Part shown: one piece after another, positions 12,101 through 22,592 of the stretch
How the letters are laid out: every line of letters begins with the position of its first letter
How positions within the stretch are numbered: the stretch's first letter is position 1
Assembly: GCA_010909165.1 (NCBI GenBank)
Contig: VJWM01000227.1
Span: 229,915 to 293,914 of the forward strand
From: Anthoceros angustus
Taxonomy: Eukaryota; Plantae; Anthocerotophyta
DNA: 64,000 bases
Reading direction: 5' to 3'
Position numbers and translations under genes: made by a program
The notes under the pieces: model-generated
Seen by the model: the letters and a program-made list of their open reading frames with translations, nothing else
Told to the model about the DNA's origin: nothing
The model's database searches: none

Positions 12101-13920
12101 GCGAAATAGAGTGCCTCGGCTCCGTCGAGGCGGAGGAAAATCGGCGACTATCGAGGAGTTGGGCGTTGCCGGGCTGAAGGAGGCGGAGGAAGTCGGTCGG
12201 ACGGAGGTATGCTGGAGAGGCGGAGCTAAGGCGAGAATGAGCGGAGGCGCGAGCCTGGAAGCGAGAAAGAAGCTGGTCCGGTGAGAAAGGAAGGAGCAGC
12301 TGCGCTATGGCGGAGTGGTGGCAATGGAAGCAGCGGGAGCTGGGCGGGTGGAGCAGTGGCGGTGAGGGAGGCCGCCCTTGTAGCCTCGCGTGATCTGACC
12401 GGCTCATCAAATCTGGCGGAGAGGTGGCCCAACAAGCGGCGGCCGCCCGGCTCCGGAACACTTATGGCGGAGGGAGTATCGGGTGCTCCGCACACGTGGA
12501 AGAGGCAATTCAACAAGTCGATTCGGACTTTGCCTATTACCACAGCTCCTGAGGCGAAGCCTCTCGGCGCCAAACGGGACCCTGGAAGGCTCGGAAGGAG
12601 ATGAAGGCCACGGGGAGACAGGACCCTAGTGGCCTGTTTAGATGACGAGCGGCGGAGAGGAGCAGGAGGAGGCGAGCGAGGAGCGGCGGATCGAGGTAAG
12701 CACCGCACCTCACCATGGAAGGAGGGGCCAGCGAAGGAGTCACTTGAGGCGATCGGGAGCAGTGGAGGACTTGAGGGAGCCACGGAGGTCCGTGAGGGAG
12801 GGTGGGCGTGAGTCGGACTTTGTCCGGACCCGGAGGAGGCCGGACCACAGTCCGGACCTCGGTAAGTCCGGACCACAAGTCCGGACCCGTAATAAGTCCG
12901 GACCGTCCGGACCCGTGTCATCCGGACCCGAGGTCCGGACCCGAACAAGGTCGGACCTAGCCGGACCCGGAGGCCGGACCAAGTCCGGACTCACGAGTTC
13001 GAGTCGAGGCAGACCTCGAGGGCCGGTGCAGCGATGAGGAGCCCCTTCGACTTACGCTAGGGGAGCAGAATGGTGGCCCCGAAGGACCGAGGAGGCCGAG
13101 GAGGATGACGTCGTGTGGCAGCGGTTGTCGACCGCCAGAGCTAACGGCGATTCGGGAGAGGAGGGGCCCGCCTCACGGATCATCCGATTGGGTGCACCTG
13201 GTCGGGGATTGGACCACCCATTCCGGCGGGGCCAGGACCTTCCAGCCACGGCGAAGGAGATAGGGGATAGGGGTGGTAGGCGATTAGGGTATACCGGTGG
13301 CTATCGGCTCGAGAATAGGGGTGTAATAAAGACGCGCCTTGGGCGCGATATAAGAGGGCGTGCTCTAGTAAAGCATCTTTCTCTTGGTGTTGATGCGCGT
13401 TCTTGCGGACCTTTGTGAGTCTTCTTGCTAACGTGAGTCTGAGTCACGCGAGCCACAGCGGCTCGGGAGATTGATCAAGGTCCGTGGCGGACTTAGCGTT
13501 GTGGTGTGTGCGGGGAAGGGTGTGGTGACGTGCTCGTCCGGGCGTCGACGAAACGGGCAGGCGTGAGCCGGAGGAACTCGGCGTGTAGAGCCGGGCGGAG
13601 GCCCAGCGGGCAGCGGAGGAGGTCGGGGCTGCGTAACCAGCGTCTTTTCTAAGGCGAGTGTAGCGTGAGGGAGAGAGGAAAGGGCGGATGCGTGAGGGAT
13701 GTATGTGAGCAATCTGGGACGAGCAGGTCCTTAAGCGTTTAGCCATACAAGACTGTCTGGTGAAACGTTGTGAGTAGTTAGGAGTATGTGTGAGGCGAGC
13801 AGGCGCTAAGGGCGGTAGAATCACACAAGCAGTGGGCCTATCATTCCCTTGGGAGCGGACTTCTTCCCTACAACGACACGGGATTGTGCGCGCGGTGGCC
13901 ATCGGCAAAGTCACGCCACA
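9154..13920 (+). repeat. 3' LTR of the gypsy element, about 4.8 kb, containing a degenerate coiled-coil-rich ORF in the presumed U3
   Basis: Starts TGTGG directly after pol stop and PPT. Ends CACGCCACA at 13920, where copia integrase coding resumes in mid-domain. TATA-like gatataagag at about 13348. Related copies start at 51755, 62960 and 63894 (minus). Confidence 0.75.
12811..12990. repeat. Dense array of CCGGAC / palindromic GTCCGGAC motifs inside the LTR
   Basis: Counted 12 CCGGAC (8 as the perfect 8-bp palindrome GTCCGGAC) plus 2 TCGGAC variants in 180 bp, with short variable spacers. Confidence 0.9.
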
Positions 13921-16900
13921 AGCGGGAAGCGACTCAAGACCTTGCGTTCGGATAATGGTGGGGAATTTACCTCACAGAATTCCGGCCTTACACGCAGATG
14001 AAGGAATTGGCGGGATTAACGATGGTCTATACACCTCAGCAGGCAGTGGTGAGCATATGAACCTCACTTTGCGAGGAGATGACATCTTCTTTCTTGAACC
14101 ATGCTCACCTCCCTCTGTCTATTGGGCGAAGCCCTTACAACCTCTGTTTACCTAAGGAGCAGTGCCTACCAATCTTTGGAGGATGACTCCATATGAAGCC
14201 TTCTATGGACATAAGCCCAAGATCTTGCATTTGAGGACTTTGGTTGTGTAGCCTATGCCTTCATCCCTGTGGAGAAGCGCAAGAAACTGCTCAACAAAGC
14301 ACAAAAGTTGCTGATGTTAGGTTACATCAAGGCATCAAGGCATACAAGTTGTATGATGTGCCTACTAATCACGTCATCTACTGTGGAGGCGTTACCTTTG
14401 ATGAAAACCGTTCGCCGGTGGGAGCTTCACGATTACGCCTCAAGATGATTGGGAACATCTTGAACAAGATGTCTCGCATTTGAGGATCTTATCGAGGATG
14501 TTGCTCCTGCAGTGGGGAACAAGAGGATCCACGAAGACGCGACCTGACAGCACGCGTTATCGTAATTTAGAACAAGATTTCGAGGATGTTGTTGATCAAA
14601 TACAGCCCCATCCTCAGATCCTCTACCTTTTATGTGGACTTAGATATGGAGGAAGCGTGCAGATGCCGGCGATGCGTGCAGATCTTGAAAACTCAGCACC
14701 TCGGCGTGAGCAGAAGACCCACCTGCGCCAACCCGAACGACGCTACCCACAAACGTGAACGACATCCTCCGGGACATTATCCACATGACTTTAGGGCAGA
14801 CAAGTCAACTCTTTGCTTTGGACCCCATCGAGCCACACTCATATGAGGAGGCAATTAGTAGACTGATGTCCGAATGGAAAAAGGCCATACAATGAGTACG
14901 AATCCTTGATCAAAAGCGGACTTGGGAGCTAGCCAAGTTACCTCCAGACATAAAATGGTCTCATGTAAATGGGTTTTCAAACTAAAAGTGAAAGCTGATG
15001 GTACCTTTGATAGGTATAAAGCAAGACTTGAGTCGAGGATTTTCCCAAGTGCAGCCTAGACTACTTGAAACATTTGCTCCAGTTGTCAAGATGGCAACTT
15101 TTCGTATCCTATGTGCATGTTCACAAAGACTATGAGTTAGATATGTTTGATGAAACAAGATTTCTACATGGGAAGCTAGATAGAGATATATATGCACCCT
15201 CCAGTTATGAAGTAAAGGCAAAGAGGACTATGTCCTCAAGCTAATCAAAACTCGTATGGGCTCAAGCGATGCTATGGAATGGAACGCATCTGGATGAGGA
15301 GTCGTGAACTAGGTTTTGTAAAGTGCCAGCGATGGCACAGACGCTAGATCGACAACGTAGTCTGTTACCTTGCAGTCTATGTGGATGACTTGATTGTCGC
15401 CTGTAATAGTGGAGCATACATCACCAAGCTCAACCTACTGCTAACACAGAAATTTGAGATGACAAATCTCGGACCTCTAAGAAGCTGTCTTGGTGTTCAC
15501 ATTCAAAGGGATAGAAATAGAAGAATTATTACCTTGACACAACCGAGATACCTTATGAACTGTGTGGAGCAGATGGGCCTTAAAGATGCCAAACCAGCAT
15601 CAACACCCTTACATAGTGGATTGAAGTTGAGTAAGTCAATGTGTCCACAGTCAGAATTTGAAAAGGATGCTATGGCAAATGTGCCATACAGAAAAGGGGT
15701 AGGTAAACTTATCTATGCTTCAAACACTATGAGGCCAGACGTTGCATATTCAACCAGCGCCTTATCCCAATTTCTTGAACATCCGTGCCATGAACATTGG
15801 CGAGTTTGAACGGGTGTTTCGCTATCCGAAAGGAACATCGATGTAGGCTTAAGGTATGAGCACCGGAAGGAAAGACTCTAGACTTAGAGACTTTTCTGAC
15901 TACGACTATCTGGAGACATTGACACGAGAAAGTCGGTTTCGAGGATATGTGGTCTCCTTTGTCGGACCTATATGTTGGTCATCCAAGAAGCAACCTACGG
16001 TGGCCATCAAGTCTGAGGCCGAGTATAGAGTTCGACATTGCAAAGAAAAGAGATAGTGTGGTGTAAGTTAATTTTTCGAGATGGGAATTCACCTACCCAC
16101 TGCACACTCATCTATAGACAACCAAGGCTCCATGGCTCTAGCAAAGAATCGTCTTTCACTCACGTACAAAGCATGTGGAAGTCGAGTATCACTACATTAG
16201 AGAGCGGTGTGAGGAAAATATACTTGGACTACATACCAACAACCCACAACCCTGCGGATATCGACTAAGGCTCTAGGCCGAGAGTTACACCACAAACATG
16301 TAAAGAGTCCGGGACTCGGGAGGTCGCAAGACTTCCTCAAAGCAAAAGCAAAGAAAAGGCCTAGCCCTAATCCCGCTTGAAGCTCGCTTCATCGAATCAT
16401 CAATGTTGTTATTTTCCTCGTCGATTCTCGAATCCGGCTCTTCGTGTGGAGAAGCTTTCTCCTTGAGAGGGTCATACGCCTCTTCCTTTCCGATAAGATA
16501 TGCGTTCAGTTCGAGACGTTCCTCCTCCTGGCGGATGTCGGTCCTACAAGATGCAACAAAGGTGATGTTAGAATTTCAAAGCAGTGGGAGCACAATAAGC
16601 GAAGGGGCTAAAGCAAGCGGAAATCAACGCCATCAGAGAAGCGATCGCGTGTGGGTATTCTCGCACATGGTGACCTTCACACGACGAAGTATGTATCTGG
16701 TCACCCGACATCGATACCATAGTGGCGATCCCGGGTGTTTTATGTTTCCAGGGCACACAACTCTCGTCTCTTCATCATACTCTCTTATGGCAGGGAAGGA
16801 AAATGGCACAGGTGGAATCCCCTCGCAATCTGAGTAGGCATATTCACCCTCGTCGAACCTCCTCTCTGACGCAATCTTACATCTAGTCTGGGGCACCGCG

Positions 16901-17346
16901 AGAAGAAGCCCCATAGTGGCATCGCGGTGGCACTCGTGCCCCCGCCTTCCTCTACCGGTGGCCTCCCTCTTGGACGCCTAGGCGGGGACCTTTAGCGCAG
17001 TGACGCCGAGGTCGGGCTTCTCGGTGTGTTCTAGCTGAAAATCGACCAAGGGGATCACGATTGTAAGCCCGAGACCTTCGAGGGGCATCATCAGATGGTG
17101 TTGTGATAGAAGACATAGCAGCAAGCGCTCTCCTCCAAAGTTGGAATCTTGAAATGAGGCGCAGGGAAGCGTAAGCTGCAGTTAAATACCAGCGTACCTC
17201 AGGGCGAGAGGCATCTCATCCTCACGCTCCATTGCTCCTGCGAGCGTAAATGGCAGCTAAGGAGGACTGAAGCTCAAGTGACGCTCACGCTCACAAGGGA
17301 CTGCACAAGGAAGGAGTGTACTTAACATGCATTCAACAAGTGGGAG

Positions 17347-18300
17347 TGATGAAGTAATGAGTACTTAGGGTGTTATCATAATGTTAAGTAACCTAGGGTT
17401 AGCTTATTAGTCACACATATAACTTAGCTTAAGTTATATATACCCTTTCATTAGGGTTGCGACCTTTAGCGAATGACATGACTTTTCGCTTTAGTTAAGT
17501 TGTCCAAGTCTCATAAACACTTTGGTTCTTTTCTTGATTATCAATGATGTAATTATTTTATCTGATTTAATTAATCTGCATTATCTCTATAAATCGTCAG
17601 TTTGCCTCACTATATTCAGCACCATTGAGGTCCCTCCAAAGTTGTGCGGCTGAAATACCTCTTGATGCGGTTTCTACCGGTGAGGAAGGTAGAGCTGTCG
17701 TTGAAGAGAGAATTACAAATGTGCAATGTAGAGAGCCTTGTTTTGAATGATTCATTGCAGTTTTGTCCCAAGCACAGTATCCATACATGCTTTTCACCAA
17801 CAAAGACTTACACGGCGAGTAGGATAAGGGCTCTCTATTCATTTGAACATGTGGCAGTCAAAGAGGCATGGGGGAACTTTAAAGCACGTACAAACCAGCA
17901 CCGAGCTGAGGGTATAAGCACCGAACTTAGGGTGTTGCGTTAGCTCTAGCGGGTGAGGAAGGTAGAGAACCAAGTCACTCTTTTCTTGGGTGTCTTGATG
18001 GGAGAAGTCACCACAACTCTCTTGGGTGTCTTGGTGGAGGCCACCAGCTCTCCCAAGAGGCTGTGGTGGCTTCTCCACCAAGACACCCAAGAGAGCTGGT
18101 GGCAATCTCCCACAAGACACCCAATAGAGCTATAGATAACCAAGAGAGTTGTGGTGGCTTCTTCAACAAGACACCCAAGAAACTCTCCTAAAGCTTTTCC
18201 CACAAGGACTGAAAGTATGGAAGACTATCACCTTCACAAGCTAGGGAGAAGTCTTTATCAATTCATGCCCATACCAAATGGTAGCTTGAGGCCGGAGATG
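17347..18300 (+). repeat. Probable copia 3' LTR
   Basis: Purine tract (aagtgggag) followed by TG at 17347, AT-rich U3, TATA-like ctataaat at about 17588, then U5-like repeats. The end is not defined. Confidence 0.5.
17986..18180. repeat. Palindromic arrangement of about 32-bp units (TCTTGGGTGTCTTG / CAAGACACCCAA) forming a stem of about 65-70 bp
   Basis: 17986-18050 is the imperfect reverse complement of about 18056-18124; a further unit extends to 18180. Confidence 0.85.
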
Positions 18301-18419
18301 GAACTCCAACGTCTTGCGGCTCTCTTAAAATAAATAAATGAATTTTGCACACGAGGTCATCGCCTTTCGTAGATAATCCCTAAGCAGTGAAAACGAAATA
18401 TGTACTTACAACGTCATTT

Positions 18420-19135
18420 ACTAACAGATAACCCGGTGCGGTGGACAGCCCGGTGCGGGTGCGGGATGACCAGCAGGCCGCGTCTTGCGTCGCTGCTGTC
18501 CGCCACTGGCGCGTGTCACTGCTGCTACGAGGAGTGCTGCGAGAGCCTCAGCAGTGCTTACGCGAACCTCGAGACCGGTGAGATCTAGCGGCAGCCAGGA
18601 CAGGTTTTTGCTGTACTGATGACCGATCGTTGTGCGGCGTATGGCCTCATTGGCGTGCGCATTCATTGCCACGACGCGCCAGTCTTCGTGCGTGCGTTGC
18701 AAGGACCAGCATTCTACCTTACAATTCCACAGGAACGTAAAGCGTGAAGGCAGAGGAGACAATACGTGAAGGCAGAGGAGACAATACAGGTAGTCTACTG
18801 CCGAAATATGATTCGCTTTCAGGAGGTCTTTATCATTTATGCTGCGCTCGAATAGATGGTTATCCATTCCTGGCTGTGCTGACGCCAGTCGCCTGCTAGA
18901 TGCTGGATTCAACGCCTGCCTAAACCTAACCTAACGGGTGTGTGTACACATACATACAGAAAGACGGGGTCATCTTCACGGCTGTACAAGTAATGCAGCA
19001 GTGACAACAGGTAGAGTGAGTTGCCTGCACACTGCTGTAGTGTCTGACCAGCTGTGTGGAAAAAATGAACACAAGGTGCAGGGAGAGTGAGCAAGAGAAG
19101 CATCTGTTAAAGCCCGGGAAAGTCACCGGAGCCCA
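18420..19135 (-). pseudogene. Degenerate paralogous copy of the last exons and 3' flank of the DUF569 gene
   Basis: Colinear similarity to 27050-27840, including the micro-exon CCGTGAAGATGACCCCGTCTTTCT with its AG/GT borders. Premature TAG in the last exon. Confidence 0.8.
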
Positions 19136-19499
19136 TAGTCCTCTGATGGCCTGTTCACATCGGAACCGGACATGCTGCGTAGACTCGCCGTAAAGATCGG
19201 GCGAACCCCGTCTTTTTCGGTTTCTTTAACCAAACGATAAGGTCGATACTGCGCAGCAAGGCGCAGGACCGGGCCGTGGTCACGCAGGGCTGAGCTGTGG
19301 TCCCATGACCCGTGATGTTATGGTACTAATATTATATTACAAAATAGCATCGTGAGGATAAAAGAGGCTCGTCTTCTCATTTTCAACTTCATTGTCTGTT
19401 GTGTGGCTTGTTGTGTTTTCGATTCCGCTCCCTTGGTCTTGTGGCCTGGCCTTGTGTGTCTTGTCCTTTTGTTTGCTTGGGGTCATGGATCCCATGTTA

Positions 19500-20700
19500 T
19501 TTAATATTTTATTTGGTTTTTCATGAAATCTTATGTAGAATGCACGGATCTACCTATGGTTTTAGCTCACAGTTGGATGATGGTGGGATGAGTAATGATG
19601 GATGTTTTGTTATTCCTTTAATACTTTCATTGGTTGGAGCGTACTTCTTTCATTGGGATATTGAGCAGCAGTCTTCAACGAGATTTTGGTGGAAGTTTCC
19701 GCGCCAAAATACAACTTGGAGTTCTTTACACATGCTTGCTTGGCACCTTATGGGGCAATAACAGTTGGATGCACAATGGAGGAAGGAGTACAGGATGGCC
19801 TACTCAAATTTCAAGCTTTTGGTGGAAGAATTACGTCCTTACATCCAAAAGAAGTCTAGCAGGCCACCTCTGTAACTTGAGCTTGGAGTTGCCATGGTCT
19901 TGCACAGGTTAGCTTATGGAGCATTTCCTAAAGTTGTCGCTAACACCTATAGGGTTGGACCATCCACAGTGACAGAGTATACCAAGTTGATTACTAGCAT
20001 CCTTAGTAATCCAAGGAAGTTGGCTTCAAAGTTCATCAACATGCCAAGTGGCCAACGACAACTAGCATGTGTAGATAAGTTTTTTGCAGTCACTGGAGTT
20101 CCAAATATGGTGGGTGCAATTGATGGTTCGCACATCAAATTGGCTACTAAGCCTGCTAACAAGTATACTCCAGCTGCATATCGGTCACGTCATGATATGC
20201 ATAGCGTCATTCTTCAAGGAGTCTGTGACTATAATTAAATCTTTTTGGATGTAAGTTGCATTGCTCCAGGAGGTGTCCATGACTTTGCTGTGTTGCGGAA
20301 GAGTAGTGTGTGGGCAAGATTACATCGACATGACATCTTGACGGAATAACGATATTGGTTGGCAACACTAATGTTCGCCTTTTATTGTTGGTGATAGTGC
20401 TTATCCAATCATGCCTTTCCTCATGAAGGCATATGATACACCATGCGCACTGCATAAAACGAAGGTTCAATAGGAGTCTGCGCAAAGGAAGGGTGAAAAT
20501 TGAAAATGCATTTGGGAATTTGAAGAATGTATGAAAAAGACATAAATGTGGCTCTTCCTTATGTGGGCAAAGTAGTAGCTTGCATGTTACATAATTTTGC
20601 ATCATGCACAAGGAGCCCGATGTGGCAAATGTCTGGAAAATCCGGACCCTTATCCCATGCACCATCAGCCATTTTATTTGGAGAATGCCATGGAGGAGCT
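19500..20700 (+). mobile_element. PIF/Harbinger DDE transposase (pseudogenised)
   Basis: LHRLAYG...VANTYRVGPSTV (HTH), PNMVGAIDGSHI, SVILQGVCD, PGGVHD..VLRKS, VGDSAYP, RVKIENAFG. In-frame TAA at 20236-20238. Confidence 0.9.
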
Positions 20701-20949
20701 TCAACGAGTGGGCAACGAACAAAGACAAGCATTGTTGGAGTTTTGGGTGAATACAAATTGTTGAGGCAAATTGTGATTGTTATTGTATGTTAGAAAGTAT
20801 GGGAGGCCATCATGCCCAAAGAAATAATTATCACCTTTAAATCGAAGGTATCACAAAACACAAGAAGTCTCGGTACCTACATTAGAAGGGGCCTATGCTG
20901 CCCGAATTGAAACGTCTGCTATTCCTCCCATGCTACATCACCTCTCATC

Positions 20950-21760
20950 ATCGAATGAGAAGTAGGCTGTTCGTTTGTTCCAACTTGGGAACGCAAACAA
21001 TTGCTATCTTCAATCGGATTTCGGCTTGCATCCGACGTTGTAAATCATGAAGTACTCGGGCATGTTCCACACTGCATGAATTCGGTCTTTGTCTCTCCAA
21101 CTCCGTGCGTGAAGCAACTTAGCCTCCTCAATCGCACATAACTTTGGGCAAAAGCTTGCATACCTTGAAAATCGACTTGCCACCGAAGGATAATTTTCTT
21201 GTCTTTCTTTTCCCACACGCAGTGCATACACCCGCAAGCTTTTCGATCCGGGATAGAGGGGTATCGGTGTCGTTTCCCATTATCCGGACAAGAATCTGCC
21301 GAGGACGAGCGGAGTTGGCATGGTGTCCTTGCCACCAAATTTGGGGAGGTTGCGTATCTGGTGAAGGTCTTCATCTTCAAGGTTGATAAAATGGAGCAAT
21401 TGGGTCCTCATTCACGGAAGAAGTGCCATCAACCGCAAAGCTCCCAACATCAACGGACCTGGAATGCCACAAAATTTGGTTGTGCCTAAGAAGGAGTCCA
21501 TCTCGAAGAAAGGCCAAGAGCTTGGTGTCCCCACGATGTATGCTTGACCTTCTCTCCTTCTGCTTGTATTTCTTCTTGAGCCTCTACCTTCGCTTACATT
21601 GCTTCCAACGAGCAGTCCAGTGCGGCGGAGAAACCAAACTGCAAATTTCATGCCAATGTTTCACCTCTAGATTGCCTTTGTTCACCTGGAAATACTTCTC
21701 TTGAAACAAGGCAATCAATCTCTGGTGCCTTCATCTGTCCAAGTCGCCTTTTCCTGACCA
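20950..21760 (-). mobile_element. Harbinger second ORF: Myb/SANT-trihelix DNA-binding protein remnant, convergent with the transposase
   Basis: Across frameshifts: QCK..VE.LKKKYKQ.KEK...SSWPFFEMDSFLG (about 21480-21620), then a coiled-coil-like ARVLHDLQRRMQAEIRLKIA. Confidence 0.7.
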
Positions 21761-22089
21761 ACCGGCTGGCTGCAGTGTTCAAGGTGCCCGCGAGGAAAAT
21801 CTGCTATGGAACGGCAGGTCTGCCATAGCTTTCTAGGGCACAAAGCGGCTTGGTACGGCTAGTTGGAAGATCTTGGGTTGTTTAATGCAGCACAAAACAT
21901 CTGGTGCATTTTGATCACCGGGATGGTGCAGGTTAATGTAGCGGTGGTATGCAGACACTGCGACTACGGTCTGGCGCGATCCGCGATGACAAGCGCAGTG
22001 GATCGACAGGACAATTTAGGTGAGCCGGTGAGCAAGGCTGGCGATTTCACAGGCGGGGCGAGCTGCGCTGGTTTTCTTTATGTGAAGCA

Positions 22090-22310
22090 GGCTATGAGGC
22101 CCTTTGGATGCGGATGCGGGCCCGGATGCGGGCTGCTTCTGCTTGTAACCCTCTTGTCTGGATTCGGACTATGCGGGAGAGACGGTGATCAATCTTCGTT
22201 GTAATAGCACTCATGGTCCTTCTCTGCCTTCGCCTTCTCGTCTGCCCTCGCTGTCTCTTCCCGTTTGAACTAGGTTCTGGAAGCTGAACAGCTGAACTTC
22301 CCTTTTGTTC
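22090..22310 (-). pseudogene. Paralogous fragment of DUF569 exon 3, continuing the 18420-19135 copy
   Basis: 22090-22255 aligns by eye with 27850-28000 (cttgtctggattc..gactat; tagcactcatggtcc; gccttctcgtctg). Confidence 0.7.
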
Positions 22311-22592
22311 CTAGCAGGTCAGAACTAGGTTGATGATTTAAAGAAAATACTTAAAATCCATATACGGTATGTATGTAGGTAGTCGAAAATGCGTAGAAAG
22401 GCACGTTGGAGAAAGGACGGATGCGAGAATGCCGACGTGGCGGCGGGGGCGTCACAAAATGCAGAAGCTGCTCTCCGCCCCCCGTTGATGGGCGAGCAGA
22501 GCATTGCGGTTGCTTCTAGAGGCGCGCGCGTCACAGGGGCCGGAGAGCAAATTCTGGTCGCCCGCTTGGCCTTCAGGGCTTTCCACTCGCCC

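Larger units (their letters stand above)
1..13920 (+). mobile_element. Ty3/gypsy LTR retrotransposon, 5'-truncated by the window edge: gag C-terminus, PR, RT, RH, IN, PPT, 3' LTR. Frameshifted and internally reiterated
   Basis: Domain order PR-RT-RH-IN is gypsy-type. Pol ends GPYQVVQVYDNGSV...RVSGWRVKKYHA* at about 9119. PPT GAGAAGGGAG at 9142-9151; LTR runs TGTGG (9154) to CCACA (13920). Confidence 0.92.
13921..18300 (+). mobile_element. Ty1/copia retrotransposon, 3' part: integrase core to RT and RH, extra region, probable 3' LTR. Degenerate
   Basis: KTLRSDNGGEF, YTPQQ, TPYEAFYGHKP, HLRTFGC.AYA, ETFAPVVKMATFR, YVDD at 15378-15389, VPYRKGVGKL..ASNTMRPDVAY, WSSKKQPTVA..SEAEY. Order IN-RT-RH. 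The right boundary is approximate. Confidence 0.9.

Noticed and set aside
12811-12990. GTCCGGAC array as CRISPR-like repeats
   Set aside because: The motif is only 6-8 bp with 1-10 nt spacers.
10222-13037. Long track ORFs (e.g. 10688..11446, 12226..12948) as independent genes
   Set aside because: GC-rich LTR DNA yields open frames on both strands; they are fragments or shadows of the frameshifted LTR ORF.
18620-18700. DRCAAYGLIGV as an FkbH-like motif
   Set aside because: A short resemblance only, with no other FkbH motifs.
19150-22090. Harbinger TIRs and TAA/TTA TSD
   Set aside because: No convincing inverted pair found; boundaries left open.
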